A stretch of DNA of 64,000 nt from Patescibacteria group bacterium (GTDB lineage Bacteria; Patescibacteriota; Minisyncoccia; Phycocordibacterales; CAIZLB01). The DNA is taken from contig JAZKJG010000001.1 of the NCBI GenBank assembly GCA_040384445.1, forward strand, positions 71,650 to 135,649. The letters are read 5' to 3'. The translations under genes and the position numbers were made by a program. Below are positions 1-9,207 of this stretch, piece by piece (within the stretch, counting starts at the first letter, position 1; every line of letters starts with the position of its first letter). The notes under the pieces were generated by a model. It saw only the letters and a program-made list of their open reading frames with translations, was not told the origin of the DNA and did no database searches.

Positions 1-2
1 AA

Positions 3-1112
3 ATTTTCATGAGTTGGGACTTCTGGAGAAAATGCTTCAAGTGAAAGCATATAAAGAAGAAGAATAACAATTGCTGTTATTAAATATCGAAATACTTTCG
101 CAGGATAAAAATTAAGAAAATGAACAACAAGAAGATAGAGTGAAGGAAGAATAATAATCAGATATCGAGAAAGGAACAAAGGTTTAAATGTTATACTCAC
201 AACGAACGCGAGTGTTGCCGGTACAAAAAAAGTAATGAGGAAATATTTAGTTTGAGGGAGTACTGTGTGTTTCTTTGTTAAAAACGTAAATCCAAACAAT
301 ACAACAATCGGCCACAGGGCAAGAAAAAATGTGTTCACTGTATCAGATTGGAATCCAATCATAAAATTCGAAAAGAGGTTAAAGATATCAATACTTGTTG
401 GTGCAGTAAGATTTGGTGCGGAGTTTGTGGATCCTACTATATGTCGCACCACAAACCAAAGTCCTAAAGTTGTAAGCGCTCCAGAGGCAGTGAATATAAA
501 TTTCTTAAATGAACCTTCAGGGAATAAATCTCTGTTCATCAAGAAAAATAAAGCTTGTGCAATAAGTAATAGTGCAAAGAAAAAGTGAGTATATACACCA
601 ATTATTACTGTAAGTGCATATAAGAACCAAGATCTTTTTTCTGAATTATTCCAAAGTCGAACAAAGAATAATTGGTTTAAAATTGTGATTAAAAATAACA
701 CTGTATACATTCGTGTTTCCGCACCAAACCATTGAAGAAAAGGTGATAGGGCACACAACATAACAGTAATCATCCCAACCTTCTTTCCATATGTTTCTTT
801 TCCAAGTAGATATATGAATGGAAGTGAACACAATAAAAATACGAGTGAAAGGGAACGAATAGCAAGAAGTGAATCACCAAATAGAGATTGCCATACTTGT
901 AGAGAAATGAAATACACAGGTAAGTGGATATCTCCCGCAATAATTCGAATTGTTCCTAGAAATGTTCCGTTGGTTTGAAAAAGACTTTGAGCCTCATCTA
1001 GTCTCAAACTTTTTCCCATGAAAAAAGAAATACTGACAACACACGCGAAAAGCATCGCAAGGGCGATTGCACATTGTGTCTGATATTTTTTTATAAATTG
1101 GGAAATAAACAT
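3..1112 (-). CDS. GT-C fold (GT39/PMT-like) membrane glycosyltransferase, 3' end outside window
   Basis: Not in ORF track; hand translation from ATG 1112: MFISQFIKKY...KSLRLDEAQSLF...DIHLPVYF...AIRSLSL...LSPFLQWFGAETRMY; DE motif after TM1, many hydrophobic segments. Confidence 0.75.
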   Translation of the reverse strand, partial: MFISQFIKKYQTQCAIALAMLFACVVSISFFMGKSLRLDEAQSLFQTNGTFLGTIRIIAGDIHLPVYFISLQVWQSLFGDSLLAIRSLSLVFLLCSLPFIYLLGKETYGKKVGMITVMLCALSPFLQWFGAETRMYTVLFLITILNQLFFVRLWNNSEKRSWFLYALTVIIGVYTHFFFALLLIAQALFFLMNRDLFPEGSFKKFIFTASGALTTLGLWFVVRHIVGSTNSAPNLTAPTSIDIFNLFSNFMIGFQSDTVNTFFLALWPIVVLFGFTFLTKKHTVLPQTKYFLITFFVPATLAFVVSITFKPLFLSRYLIIILPSLYLLVVHFLNFYPAKVFRYLITAIVILLLYMLSLEAFSPEVPTHEN

Positions 1113-1119
1113 ACAAGTG

Positions 1120-2217
1120 TTATCGAGTTTTTTTTGCAATGAAAACCCATGTCTTCAAGAAGATAAATGTAAAGACGAAACAAAGCCCTGTTGCAAGAAT
1201 CACACTCGCGATATCATATATTCCAAATATTGATGTAAACACATATGTCAGTGATACGTTTACCAAAAGACTTGCAATCGTCACAGTGTAGAATTTTGCC
1301 ATTTCTTGTACCCCCACTTTTCTTTGCTTAAATGTAAACATAGAGTTTAAGATAAAGCCTGAAACCGTTCCAAGTAGATATGTAGAAGCTTTCACAAGTA
1401 CATAGTGTGAAGCGAATGTAGGATTAATTCGAGTGAGGAACACATAGGCAGCAACATCTACGATTGTATTGAATACTCCAATGAGTGCGAAAGTAAAAAA
1501 TTGTCGCTTTACTTGTTTTCCCAAATCTCCAACAAAAAGATTGAATACCTCCTTAAGCGCACGCATGATTACTTTGATATTTGCCCCTGTTGCATTTCCT
1601 TGTGTTCTAGGAAGGTGAGTAACTGGTACTTCCTTTATATCAACACCACGTTGTGTTAATGCAATAAGTACTTCCGCACTAATCATTGCCCCCTGACTTG
1701 TAATCTTTATATCTTTAATTGTATCTCGTTTAAAGAGCTTGAACGCACAGTCGATATCAATTACTCGTAAACCAAACAAAATTCTGTTTAGGATGTTCCA
1801 TCCTTTTGCATTTAACAATCTCATTTTTGAATCTTGTCTATCGTGTCTATATCCAATTACAACATCATGAGTTGCTGTGTGAGGTGTGAGGAGGGTGAGT
1901 TCTTGTAAATCAAACTGCAAATCAGCATCACTAAAAAAGATGTAATCGTGTTTTGCATTTGTAAATCCAGTAATCAATGCTCCACCGTATCCTTTATTTG
2001 CCTCATGAGAAATGAGAATAAGATTATCACCATATGTTGATTTCAAATTCTGTACTACTTCAGCAGTCTTGTCTTTACTTGCGTCATTTACGATAATAAT
2101 TTCGTATGTATCAGTAACGAGCTTTGCAGCTGTAACTGCTTGATGAATTGTTTCTTCGATATTTAATTCTTCGTTATATGCCGGAAAAAATATTGAGAGT
2201 GATGAAAGTGTAGTCAT
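1120..2217 (-). CDS. GT2 polyprenol-phosphate glycosyltransferase fused to C-terminal GtrA-like domain
   Basis: FPAYNEE, VNDASKD, DADLQ, DIDCAFKL motifs; C-terminal 4-TM GtrA-like region (FALIGVFNTIVD, FILNSMFTF). Confidence 0.85.
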   Translation of the reverse strand: MTTLSSLSIFFPAYNEELNIEETIHQAVTAAKLVTDTYEIIIVNDASKDKTAEVVQNLKSTYGDNLILISHEANKGYGGALITGFTNAKHDYIFFSDADLQFDLQELTLLTPHTATHDVVIGYRHDRQDSKMRLLNAKGWNILNRILFGLRVIDIDCAFKLFKRDTIKDIKITSQGAMISAEVLIALTQRGVDIKEVPVTHLPRTQGNATGANIKVIMRALKEVFNLFVGDLGKQVKRQFFTFALIGVFNTIVDVAAYVFLTRINPTFASHYVLVKASTYLLGTVSGFILNSMFTFKQRKVGVQEMAKFYTVTIASLLVNVSLTYVFTSIFGIYDIASVILATGLCFVFTFIFLKTWVFIAKKTR

Positions 2218-2222
2218 AAATG

Positions 2223-3455
2223 TTAGTTAGTTTTTGGTAATGGATATAATTGAGGGAGCAAATCGTTGTATAGCGCTAATCCGAACCATGCCCAATTTTT
2301 ATCATAATATCCAAGTTCTCGTGTCCAGTTAAATGTATCTACGTTGTATAATGATTCTAGCTTTTTGTAATATACTTCTTTAGCGATCTCTGGATCAGTA
2401 ATCATGAAATATCCAATTAATCCTCCATACATTGCTGGAGTTTCTGACCATTCTGCAATTTGTCCATCATGTGTATAGTTTGCATACACTCGCTTTCGTG
2501 AATGCCATTCTTCAGTAAAGAACGCCATGTCTTGTAAAAGTTTTGTGGCTCTCGGTTCATTGAACCATTTTGCATCAAGAGCGAGTCTCCATGGAAGTCG
2601 AAGAGCGTCATAACTGAAGTTTGTTTTTAATGTCGTTGTTCCTGTGATCGCCGCGATTTTTCCTGTTTTTTTATCTACCGTAATCCAATCGGATGGAATT
2701 CCTGCACTCGTGTCTGTGTCGAGCGGAAGTACCATGTTGTCTTCAATTAGATCGTAACTTGAATCTACTAGCCCCATCCAATCATGTCTTGGATCTACCT
2801 CTTCAAAAATTCTGTATGCATATGGTGCGAGATAAGATGGATTTACAATAATAGTTTTTTTCTTTTTATCACTTTTCTCTAGATCGTTTGCCGCTAAGAA
2901 AGGTCTCCCATTAATAACAACAACTTCTTTATCCCAAATATCATTGATGATTGTCATGGCATCCCCAAAGTATGTGTCATCGTTCCATCGTTCTGAAGCA
3001 AATAGGAGAGCGAGTGCAATATCAACATCAGCATCTGTTGCTGAATTATTTCCACCTTCTTGAGTTAAGATTCCATATGTACCATTTTTTCTTTGCCCAA
3101 ATTTCCATGCAAATAGACTATCGTTCGAATGCTGTAAGTTATCTTTAGTCCATTGCCATGCTGTATCAAATGTTTCTCTGTCATTAACCCAAACTGCACG
3201 AAGGAGGGTATAACTCTGACCTTCTGATGTTGTAATAAAATTTTGCTCTTTATCAAGTGCTCGAAGTGACTCCGGTTCAAGATTCTCTCCTTTATATCGA
3301 TGCCACAAAGATTCGATCATATCTCGAGGTGAGAATACGGGCTGATTCGCTTCTGCTCGTCGTTTGATAATGATTGCGGTAGAGGCTGCGATCAGGATCA
3401 CAATCACAAGAATAAGCAGGTTTCGTAATGAGATTTTAGGTAGGGTTATTTGCAT
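2223..3455 (-). CDS. Glycoside hydrolase family 8, membrane anchored
   Basis: TTSEGQSY, SATDAD, NPSY, YDALR motifs; N-terminal TM helix. Confidence 0.85.
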   Translation of the reverse strand: MQITLPKISLRNLLILVIVILIAASTAIIIKRRAEANQPVFSPRDMIESLWHRYKGENLEPESLRALDKEQNFITTSEGQSYTLLRAVWVNDRETFDTAWQWTKDNLQHSNDSLFAWKFGQRKNGTYGILTQEGGNNSATDADVDIALALLFASERWNDDTYFGDAMTIINDIWDKEVVVINGRPFLAANDLEKSDKKKKTIIVNPSYLAPYAYRIFEEVDPRHDWMGLVDSSYDLIEDNMVLPLDTDTSAGIPSDWITVDKKTGKIAAITGTTTLKTNFSYDALRLPWRLALDAKWFNEPRATKLLQDMAFFTEEWHSRKRVYANYTHDGQIAEWSETPAMYGGLIGYFMITDPEIAKEVYYKKLESLYNVDTFNWTRELGYYDKNWAWFGLALYNDLLPQLYPLPKTN

Positions 3456-3682
3456 TTGGTTAGGGAAGTAAATAGACTATCCGACTCTTTAATAATAAAG
3501 CAGGTAATACAATGTAAGGGTTAATGGATGTCGTTCAAGTGAGAAAATAGAATAGGTTGCCTTACAATTTTCAGAGTATCACACAAGATAGATTTGTCAA
3601 ATAATTCTACCGAGGTTCTGAAAGGGTTTTTTGGGGTTGTGGTACGAAAAACAGAGCAGGGTGAGTGCTCTGTTTTCATGTT

Positions 3683-3767
3683 TGGTGGGCAAGGAGGGAC
3701 TCGAACCCTCAATCCGTGAAGAACTAGTTCCTAAGACTAGCGCGTATACCAATTCCGCCACTTGCCC
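3683..3767 (-). tRNA. tRNA-Leu(TAG)
   Basis: Reverse complement GGGCAAG...CTAGT-CTTAGGA-ACTAG...GGTTCGAGTCC...CTTGCCCACCA; long variable arm, encoded CCA. Confidence 0.95.
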
Positions 3768-3791
3768 AAATATTTCTGTAACTTCTACAGG

Positions 3792-3864
3792 TGCGTCCAG
3801 TAGGATTCGAACCTACGACCAATTGCTTAAGAGGCAACTGCTCTACCAACTGAGCTATGGACGC
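3792..3864 (-). tRNA. tRNA-Lys(CTT)
   Basis: GCGTCCA acceptor stem, TTGC-CTCTTAA-GCAA anticodon arm, GGTTCGAATCC. Confidence 0.95.
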
Positions 3865-3930
3865 AGAATTTCTGCTCAATCAGCATCGACTTGTATTATA
3901 GTATATTACTTTTTGATATAAATCAATTGT

Positions 3931-3971
3931 AATAAAAAACACCGTGCAGATCTATAAAATCATACACGGCG
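3931..3971 (-). terminator. Imperfect hairpin + GTGTTTTTTATT after orphan 3973..4347
   Basis: CGCCGTG...CACGGTG then T6 on minus strand. Confidence 0.65.
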
Positions 3972-3972
3972 G

Positions 3973-4347
3973 TTAAAGTTTAATTTTTTGCCCAAATGTC
4001 TCTCGAACTTTAGTGTACGTACTTCCATCAGGTCTTTGTAGTACATCAATAGTATTCATGACATGTACTTTATGGTTTAGCTTTACACTTAGGTAATCTT
4101 CGATTCGAATTACGTTGGGGTGGTACTTAAATGATCCATTGTCTGGTAATTCTTCTCTAACCCATGCAAGTTCTCCGTGCTTAGGGAGTGGATAAAATTG
4201 CCAGACAATCATAGGGTTTGGATATTCTTTTGACACTTCCGTTGAAGAGTGAATTATCCGATCGAGCACTTGTCCTTGTTCCTTCTTTTGAAAAAGGATG
4301 AGGATGGGTGAGAATGTGAGACATATAAAAAGAAACATGAGTTTCAT
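3973..4347 (-). CDS. Hypothetical protein with N-terminal hydrophobic segment (orphan cassette)
   Basis: 124-aa ORF between two terminators; no recognisable motif. Confidence 0.6.
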   Translation of the reverse strand: MKLMFLFICLTFSPILILFQKKEQGQVLDRIIHSSTEVSKEYPNPMIVWQFYPLPKHGELAWVREELPDNGSFKYHPNVIRIEDYLSVKLNHKVHVMNTIDVLQRPDGSTYTKVRETFGQKIKL

Positions 4348-4373
4348 CTTTAATTAATCATAGTACGTTTGGA

Positions 4374-4416
4374 AATAAAAAACACCCCACCGAGACGGGG
4401 GGTGTCTCGTGGGGTG
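4374..4416 (-). terminator. Bulged hairpin + GTGTTTTTTATT
   Basis: CACCCCAC-GAGAC/GTCTC-G-GTGGGGTG with one extrahelical base. Confidence 0.8.
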
Positions 4417-4424
4417 GCTGAATA

Positions 4425-4853
4425 TTAGCCGAAGAGGATCTTTCTGAGTGCTTTCGGTACCTCAGCTCTCACTGACCCGTTTTTGATTACGGGGCATGTG
4501 ATGATTGCCTCCTTTTCGGTGATCTTGAGGACTGCACCAGACCCAACTATGGCCGCAGCTATGATTTGTTCATGGCTGATGGTTGTAAGTTCCCAGATTG
4601 AAACTGGAAGTACGAAGCCTGGATCCTTGTCTTTAAACGAAAGGAGTCCGTCAAAGATGATTTTGTACCAGGTCCTCCTAGACTTACTGAAAGGGTGAAA
4701 TCTGACAGTACATTCATAGGACTTACCTCTGCGATTGTCGGGTCCAAAGGGCTTGAGTTCGATTGTAGCCAAACCTTTAGTGCAATGCACGGGGATGTGG
4801 ACTTCTTGGGTGGTGATTGTTGGGATAAGGGGGATTTTCTTTAGTTTACTCAT
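4425..4853 (-). CDS. Hypothetical protein (orphan cassette)
   Basis: Start moved to ATG 4853, downstream of a TTGACA..TATATT promoter; C-rich codons. Confidence 0.6.
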   Translation of the reverse strand: MSKLKKIPLIPTITTQEVHIPVHCTKGLATIELKPFGPDNRRGKSYECTVRFHPFSKSRRTWYKIIFDGLLSFKDKDPGFVLPVSIWELTTISHEQIIAAAIVGSGAVLKITEKEAIITCPVIKNGSVRAEVPKALRKILFG

Positions 4854-4926
4854 GATGGAAGTACGGTACGCTACCGTCAGAGTAATATATAACATTTAAG
4901 CTAATGTGTCAAATATGAAAAGGGTA

Positions 4927-4965
4927 AATAAAAAACACGCAGAGGTCTCGGATGAGACATGCGTG
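4927..4965 (-). terminator. Hairpin with internal loop + GTGTTTTTTATT
   Basis: CACGCA..GTCTC/GAGAC..TGCGTG. Confidence 0.75.
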
Positions 4966-4973
4966 GATGGTTT

Positions 4974-5183
4974 TTAGAGATTCCGAGGGTAACTAAACTC
5001 ACCTAAAGGAATTTTTAGTATTACTACTATATGGTCCATTGTTACCGCAAGAAGAGATAGGAGTAAGGTTATGAAAACCATAATGATATGTGCTGCAGCT
5101 TGAATCGTCCATCCCAAGAACTTAACGAGCACAGATAGGAAGGAGATGCACAGAACTAAAAGTTTTAAATAGTAGTATTTCAT
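4974..5183 (-). CDS. Small hydrophobic hypothetical protein (orphan cassette)
   Basis: 69 aa, two hydrophobic stretches; own TTGACA..TGATATAGT promoter upstream. Confidence 0.5.
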   Translation of the reverse strand: MKYYYLKLLVLCISFLSVLVKFLGWTIQAAAHIIMVFITLLLSLLAVTMDHIVVILKIPLGEFSYPRNL

Positions 5184-5375
5184 TTTTAAGTTTGGTTAGA
5201 AAAATTACAATCCCTCAGCTTATGCTGAAACTGAAATTGAGATCTTTCTTCCAAACTCAAATAATGTAAAAGTTCTTAAAATACTATATCACAGAACAGT
5301 AAATTGTCAATATTCAAAACCCACAATAGAAAAAAGCCTCCGAAGAGACTTATTTCTAAAATAATAAATTATTTG

Positions 5376-5448
5376 TGGACCCGAGGGGATTCGAACTCCT
5401 GACCTCCTCAGTGCAAATGAGGCGCTCTACCAACTAAGCTACGGGCCC
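5376..5448 (-). tRNA. tRNA-Ala(TGC)
   Basis: GGGCCCG/CGGGTCC acceptor with G3.U70; CCTCA-TTTGCAC-TGAGG anticodon arm. Confidence 0.95.
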
Positions 5449-5533
5449 GTGCATCCAAGTATAGTACAAAACTTTAGGAAAAGCAAAGCATTTATTTATC
5501 AAATATACAGGCCTAAGATGTCACATTCTAGGT

Positions 5534-5878
5534 ATGACTATATATAACAGAGGGTTTGTAGCCCTATTTTTCACACTTGGGGTATCAAGCATTTTACTCA
5601 CATATGTAAGTTTAAGCTCTACAAATTTATTTAGGTTTATCCGTGCGCGAGAGGATTTTAAGGGTGTAAGAGCTACAATTCAAAATACTCTTCAATGCGC
5701 AGATCAGTACGTTAATGCTCTGGTCCGAACCTATTCAGTACCATCCCTATGTAATGCTACCAATAAACAATTAACCAGAACCGGGCCAGACACTCTCATA
5801 TTTTCATTCAAAATTAACACAATAACATTCACAGGAACCATACAAAACGGGCGTATTTCAGAACTTGGCTCCTATTAA
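5534..5878 (+). CDS. Minor pilin-like (PilX-type) protein
   Basis: NRG|FVALFFTL class III signal-like start lacking E+5; precedes a pilin. Confidence 0.55.
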   Translation: MTIYNRGFVALFFTLGVSSILLTYVSLSSTNLFRFIRAREDFKGVRATIQNTLQCADQYVNALVRTYSVPSLCNATNKQLTRTGPDTLIFSFKINTITFTGTIQNGRISELGSY

Positions 5879-5959
5879 ATTTCTTTATATTTATTTTCAA
5901 ATTACATAACCACCCGGATGTCATCATATGTTCATTATCAATTAATTTAACAAATATAT

Positions 5960-6430
5960 ATGAAATACAAAAAACAACACAAAAAAGGATTCACACTCAT
6001 CGAGGTATTGGTAGTTATTGGAATTATCGCCATACTAGCAACCGTGGTTCTTGTGGCAGTAAGTCCTGGAAAACAGTTTAGACAAGCACGAGATACTCAA
6101 CGAGTTGCGAATGTGAACACAATTCTCAATGCAATCGGTCAAAACATTTCAGATCACCAGGGAGTATTCTTCTGTGCAGGCTCACCTGTTACTCTTCCTG
6201 CGGCTCTAACAAACATGACAAGTAATACAGCAAGTGGAGGAGTTGATATTGGAGAATGTCTCGTGCCTGAGTACGTTCCTAAGCTCCCGTATGATCCGCT
6301 TGCAGGAAAAGGGTATTATATTGATGAAGATGATTATGATCTTGGATACAAGGTTATGGCTGACTCATCAGGTAGAATCACGGTTGAAGCAGACGGTGAA
6401 CAACAGGCTTTAATCGCAGTAACTCGATGA
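5960..6430 (+). CDS. Type IV pilin/pseudopilin
   Basis: KKG|FTLIEVLVVIGIIAILA prepilin motif; ARDTQR. Confidence 0.9.
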   Translation: MKYKKQHKKGFTLIEVLVVIGIIAILATVVLVAVSPGKQFRQARDTQRVANVNTILNAIGQNISDHQGVFFCAGSPVTLPAALTNMTSNTASGGVDIGECLVPEYVPKLPYDPLAGKGYYIDEDDYDLGYKVMADSSGRITVEADGEQQALIAVTR

Positions 6431-6468
6431 GGTTGATATTATTTTCTAATATGCTATAGTATTTCAAT

Positions 6469-6591
6469 ATGAAATTGCTATCATCATTAAAAAAGAAAGA
6501 CCTTCGTCAGGGAGAGTTTATTGTTCGAAGAGGAAAACACCTTTATCGAATCAACAAGAAGATTCGAAAACGAAACGCAAAACAAGGGTAA
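6469..6591 (+). CDS. rpmJ: 50S ribosomal protein L36, Cys-free type
   Basis: Below ORF-track cutoff; MKLLSSLKKKDLRQGEFIVRRGKHLYRINKKIRKRNAKQG resembles L36 (VRR, terminal QG); TGCTATAGT promoter 8 nt upstream. Confidence 0.85.
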   Translation: MKLLSSLKKKDLRQGEFIVRRGKHLYRINKKIRKRNAKQG

Positions 6592-6604
6592 AACCTTGTT
6601 TTTT
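6579..6604 (+). terminator. Terminator overlapping rpmJ stop
   Basis: AAAACAAGG/CCTTGTTTT then T-tract. Confidence 0.6.
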
Positions 6605-6625
6605 GTTTAATGGTATTATTGAGTT

Positions 6626-8023
6626 ATGAAAAAGCTCACAATACTCTTGGCTTGCTGCTTAGCTCTAGTGCTCTATATATATGTAGAAGCGCCTACTAAA
6701 ATTACGCCCAAAAATGAGACGAAGACTATATCTCTAAACTTCGTAGGAGACATACTCGCTGCGAGAACCATAGAAACGGCAATGCGTAAGAATGGCTATG
6801 ATTATCCATTTGCAAAGATCTCGAAGGAACTAGCAGATGCTGATATTACGTTTGCTAACCTGGAAACACCGCTCATCGCAGGTAATACTACTCCAGGTGG
6901 GAATACTGTGTTCCGAGCCGATACTGCCTTTGCAGACGCATTAAAGAGAACTGGAATTGATATTGTATCTCTGGCCAATAACCACATGAAGGATCAAGGT
7001 GAGAAAGGTATTGTAAGTACTAAGGAAGCATTGGACAAAGCGGGAGTAGTATACGCAGGGGCTGGATTAAGTCTTGATGAAGCGAGATCTTTGAGGATAG
7101 TCGAAGCTAATGGAATTAAAGTTGGATATCTTGCATATAACGACACTGATGTGGTTCCACAAAGTACCTATGCAAATGACTCTCCTCAATCTGGTACGAA
7201 TACTATGGATACAAGACGACTTAAAGAGGATATTGAGAAAGCTCGTTCTCAAGTAAATGTTGTGATTATATCAATGCACTCTGGTACAGAGTATGTGACA
7301 GAAAAGCCTAATACACGTCAAACTACCTTTGCTCGAGCCGCGATCGACTATGGGGCAGACATGGTAATCGGGCATCATCCTCATGTATTACAGCCAATGG
7401 AAATATATAAAAATAAATACATTTTCTATAGTCTCGGAAACTTTGTATTTGATCAAATCATTGCCCCGACTAAAGAAAGTGCATTATTAAAAATGTGGAT
7501 AACTTTCTCAAAGACGGATTCTGGGGTGTGGAAAATTGATAATGCAAAACCTGAAATATTACCACTCGTAATTCAAAATTTTCAACCTCAAAAAACTACC
7601 GATATTTCAAAGAAAAAACTTATTATGAGTCGGTTTAATTCTAGTCCAGCTATTCTTACTTTAGGAGAAGAAATCATATTTGCAGAATTGGCAACAACTA
7701 CCGAAGCTCGGACCCTTGGTCTATCTGGAAGAAAAAAATTACCAGATCGGACAGGTTTGCTGTTTGTCTTTGAGGCTCAAGGGATGCATGGAATATGGAT
7801 GAAGGATATGTTGTTCCCAATTGATATCTATTGGTTCGACCAATCATTTAAGCTTATAGATAAAAGACTTTCTGTCAGTCCTGAAACATATCCAGATGTC
7901 TTTTATCCAAAGCTCAAGGCCACCTATGTCCTTGAGACAAAAGCAGGTCTCTTAGACCCTATGTCCTTGACACAGGACTTGACGGGGGAGTTGACGTTAC
8001 TCGAGTCATATGATAAAAGATAA
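6626..8023 (+). CDS. CapA-family metallophosphatase fused to DUF192-like domain
   Basis: VGDI, NLETP, LANNH, MHSGTE, GHHPH, YSLGNF; C-terminal GLSGR..GLLFVF..IWMKDMLFPIDI..YVLE. Confidence 0.8.
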   Translation: MKKLTILLACCLALVLYIYVEAPTKITPKNETKTISLNFVGDILAARTIETAMRKNGYDYPFAKISKELADADITFANLETPLIAGNTTPGGNTVFRADTAFADALKRTGIDIVSLANNHMKDQGEKGIVSTKEALDKAGVVYAGAGLSLDEARSLRIVEANGIKVGYLAYNDTDVVPQSTYANDSPQSGTNTMDTRRLKEDIEKARSQVNVVIISMHSGTEYVTEKPNTRQTTFARAAIDYGADMVIGHHPHVLQPMEIYKNKYIFYSLGNFVFDQIIAPTKESALLKMWITFSKTDSGVWKIDNAKPEILPLVIQNFQPQKTTDISKKKLIMSRFNSSPAILTLGEEIIFAELATTTEARTLGLSGRKKLPDRTGLLFVFEAQGMHGIWMKDMLFPIDIYWFDQSFKLIDKRLSVSPETYPDVFYPKLKATYVLETKAGLLDPMSLTQDLTGELTLLESYDKR

Positions 8024-8030
8024 TACATAT

Positions 8031-9080
8031 ATGGCAAATACAACACCAACATTTTCTTTCAAAGTTAAGGTTGTGACAAAAAAACTTTTGACAGCTATAC
8101 CAGAGAGATCAAGGATTATTATTGCACGACGTTTTGGACTTGATAAAGATACAGAGAAAATGACCCTAGAGGCTATTGGAGAGACATATGATATTACTCG
8201 AGAACGAGTACGACAGATTGAGGCAAACTCGATCGCGTCTATTCGAAAGTCGGACGTATTCAAGGAGGAAGCTGCTGTATTTGCTGAACTTGCATTATGC
8301 GTAAAAAGTATGGGAGGAGTTGTGAGCGAACATGATTTGCTTAACCACTTATCAAAAGATACTTCGACTCAAAACCACTTTCACTTCTTGCTTATTATTG
8401 GGGACCAATTTAAGAAAGAAAAAGAAACTGAAGATTTCCATCACCGATGGCATGTTGATGCAGAGCTTTCAAAGAAGATTCATGACGCTTTGAAGAAACT
8501 GTATGGAAACCTTGACGATGATGCCCTTATCCCTGAGACAGAGATGATTAAGTCATTTATGGACAATGTAAAGGATGTGTCTGAAGAACTTAAAAATGAA
8601 GAGGTGGCAAAACGATGGCTTCGTATTTCAAAGCATATCGATAAAAACCCACTAGGAGAATGGGGAAAGACTGGTTCAACAAACATTCGAGTTAAGGGTA
8701 TTCGAGACTATGCATATCTAGCAATGAGAAAGCACGGGTCGCCTGTTCACTTCAAGGAGATTGCAAAACTGATTCAGACAGTCTTCGGAAAGCGAGCTCA
8801 TGAAGCAACAACACACAACGAATTGATCAAAGATACTCGGTTTGTACTTGTAGGACGAGGTCTATACGCTCTTGCAGAGTGGGGGTATGTAAGTGGTGTT
8901 GTTAGAGACGTAATTCGAAAGGTGTTGAACAAGTACGGTCCAATGACTCGAGAGGAGATATTTAACAAGGTTATGAAGGAGAGATATGTGAAAGAAAACA
9001 CCATATTGGTGAACCTTCAGAACAGTATTCATTTCAAAAAAGATGCTCAAGGCAAGTATCATGTGACTGATGAAAAATAA
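8031..9080 (+). CDS. Sigma-70 region-4-like HTH protein with C-terminal winged-HTH domains
   Basis: RRFGL..TLEAIGETYDITRERVRQIE; no sigma region 2; C-terminal PVHFKEIA, RFVLVGRGLYAL. Confidence 0.75.
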   Translation: MANTTPTFSFKVKVVTKKLLTAIPERSRIIIARRFGLDKDTEKMTLEAIGETYDITRERVRQIEANSIASIRKSDVFKEEAAVFAELALCVKSMGGVVSEHDLLNHLSKDTSTQNHFHFLLIIGDQFKKEKETEDFHHRWHVDAELSKKIHDALKKLYGNLDDDALIPETEMIKSFMDNVKDVSEELKNEEVAKRWLRISKHIDKNPLGEWGKTGSTNIRVKGIRDYAYLAMRKHGSPVHFKEIAKLIQTVFGKRAHEATTHNELIKDTRFVLVGRGLYALAEWGYVSGVVRDVIRKVLNKYGPMTREEIFNKVMKERYVKENTILVNLQNSIHFKKDAQGKYHVTDEK

Positions 9081-9082
9081 AG

Positions 9083-9155
9083 TTGCATGTACGTTTTCTT
9101 CGTGCTATACTATTCAAAATATGCGCCCGCCGTCTTTTGACGACTCAGATGGCGC
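9083..9155 (+). promoter_or_regulatory. rpsM operon promoter and structured 5' leader
   Basis: TTGCAT-17-TATACT with TG extension; GCGCC..GTC TTTT GAC..GGCGC hairpin at 9123-9155. Confidence 0.65.
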
Positions 9156-9207
9156 TTATGTGTTTTATCATCATTATATAAATAACCAATAATTCTAAGC
9201 AAACTTC

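Noticed and set aside
265-831. ORFs 265..588 and 646..831
   Set aside because: Shadows of the minus-strand GT-C gene that runs off the window.
3521-3921. ORFs 3521..3712 and 3631..3921
   Set aside because: They overlap tRNA-Leu/tRNA-Lys and their terminator or promoter; shadow frames.
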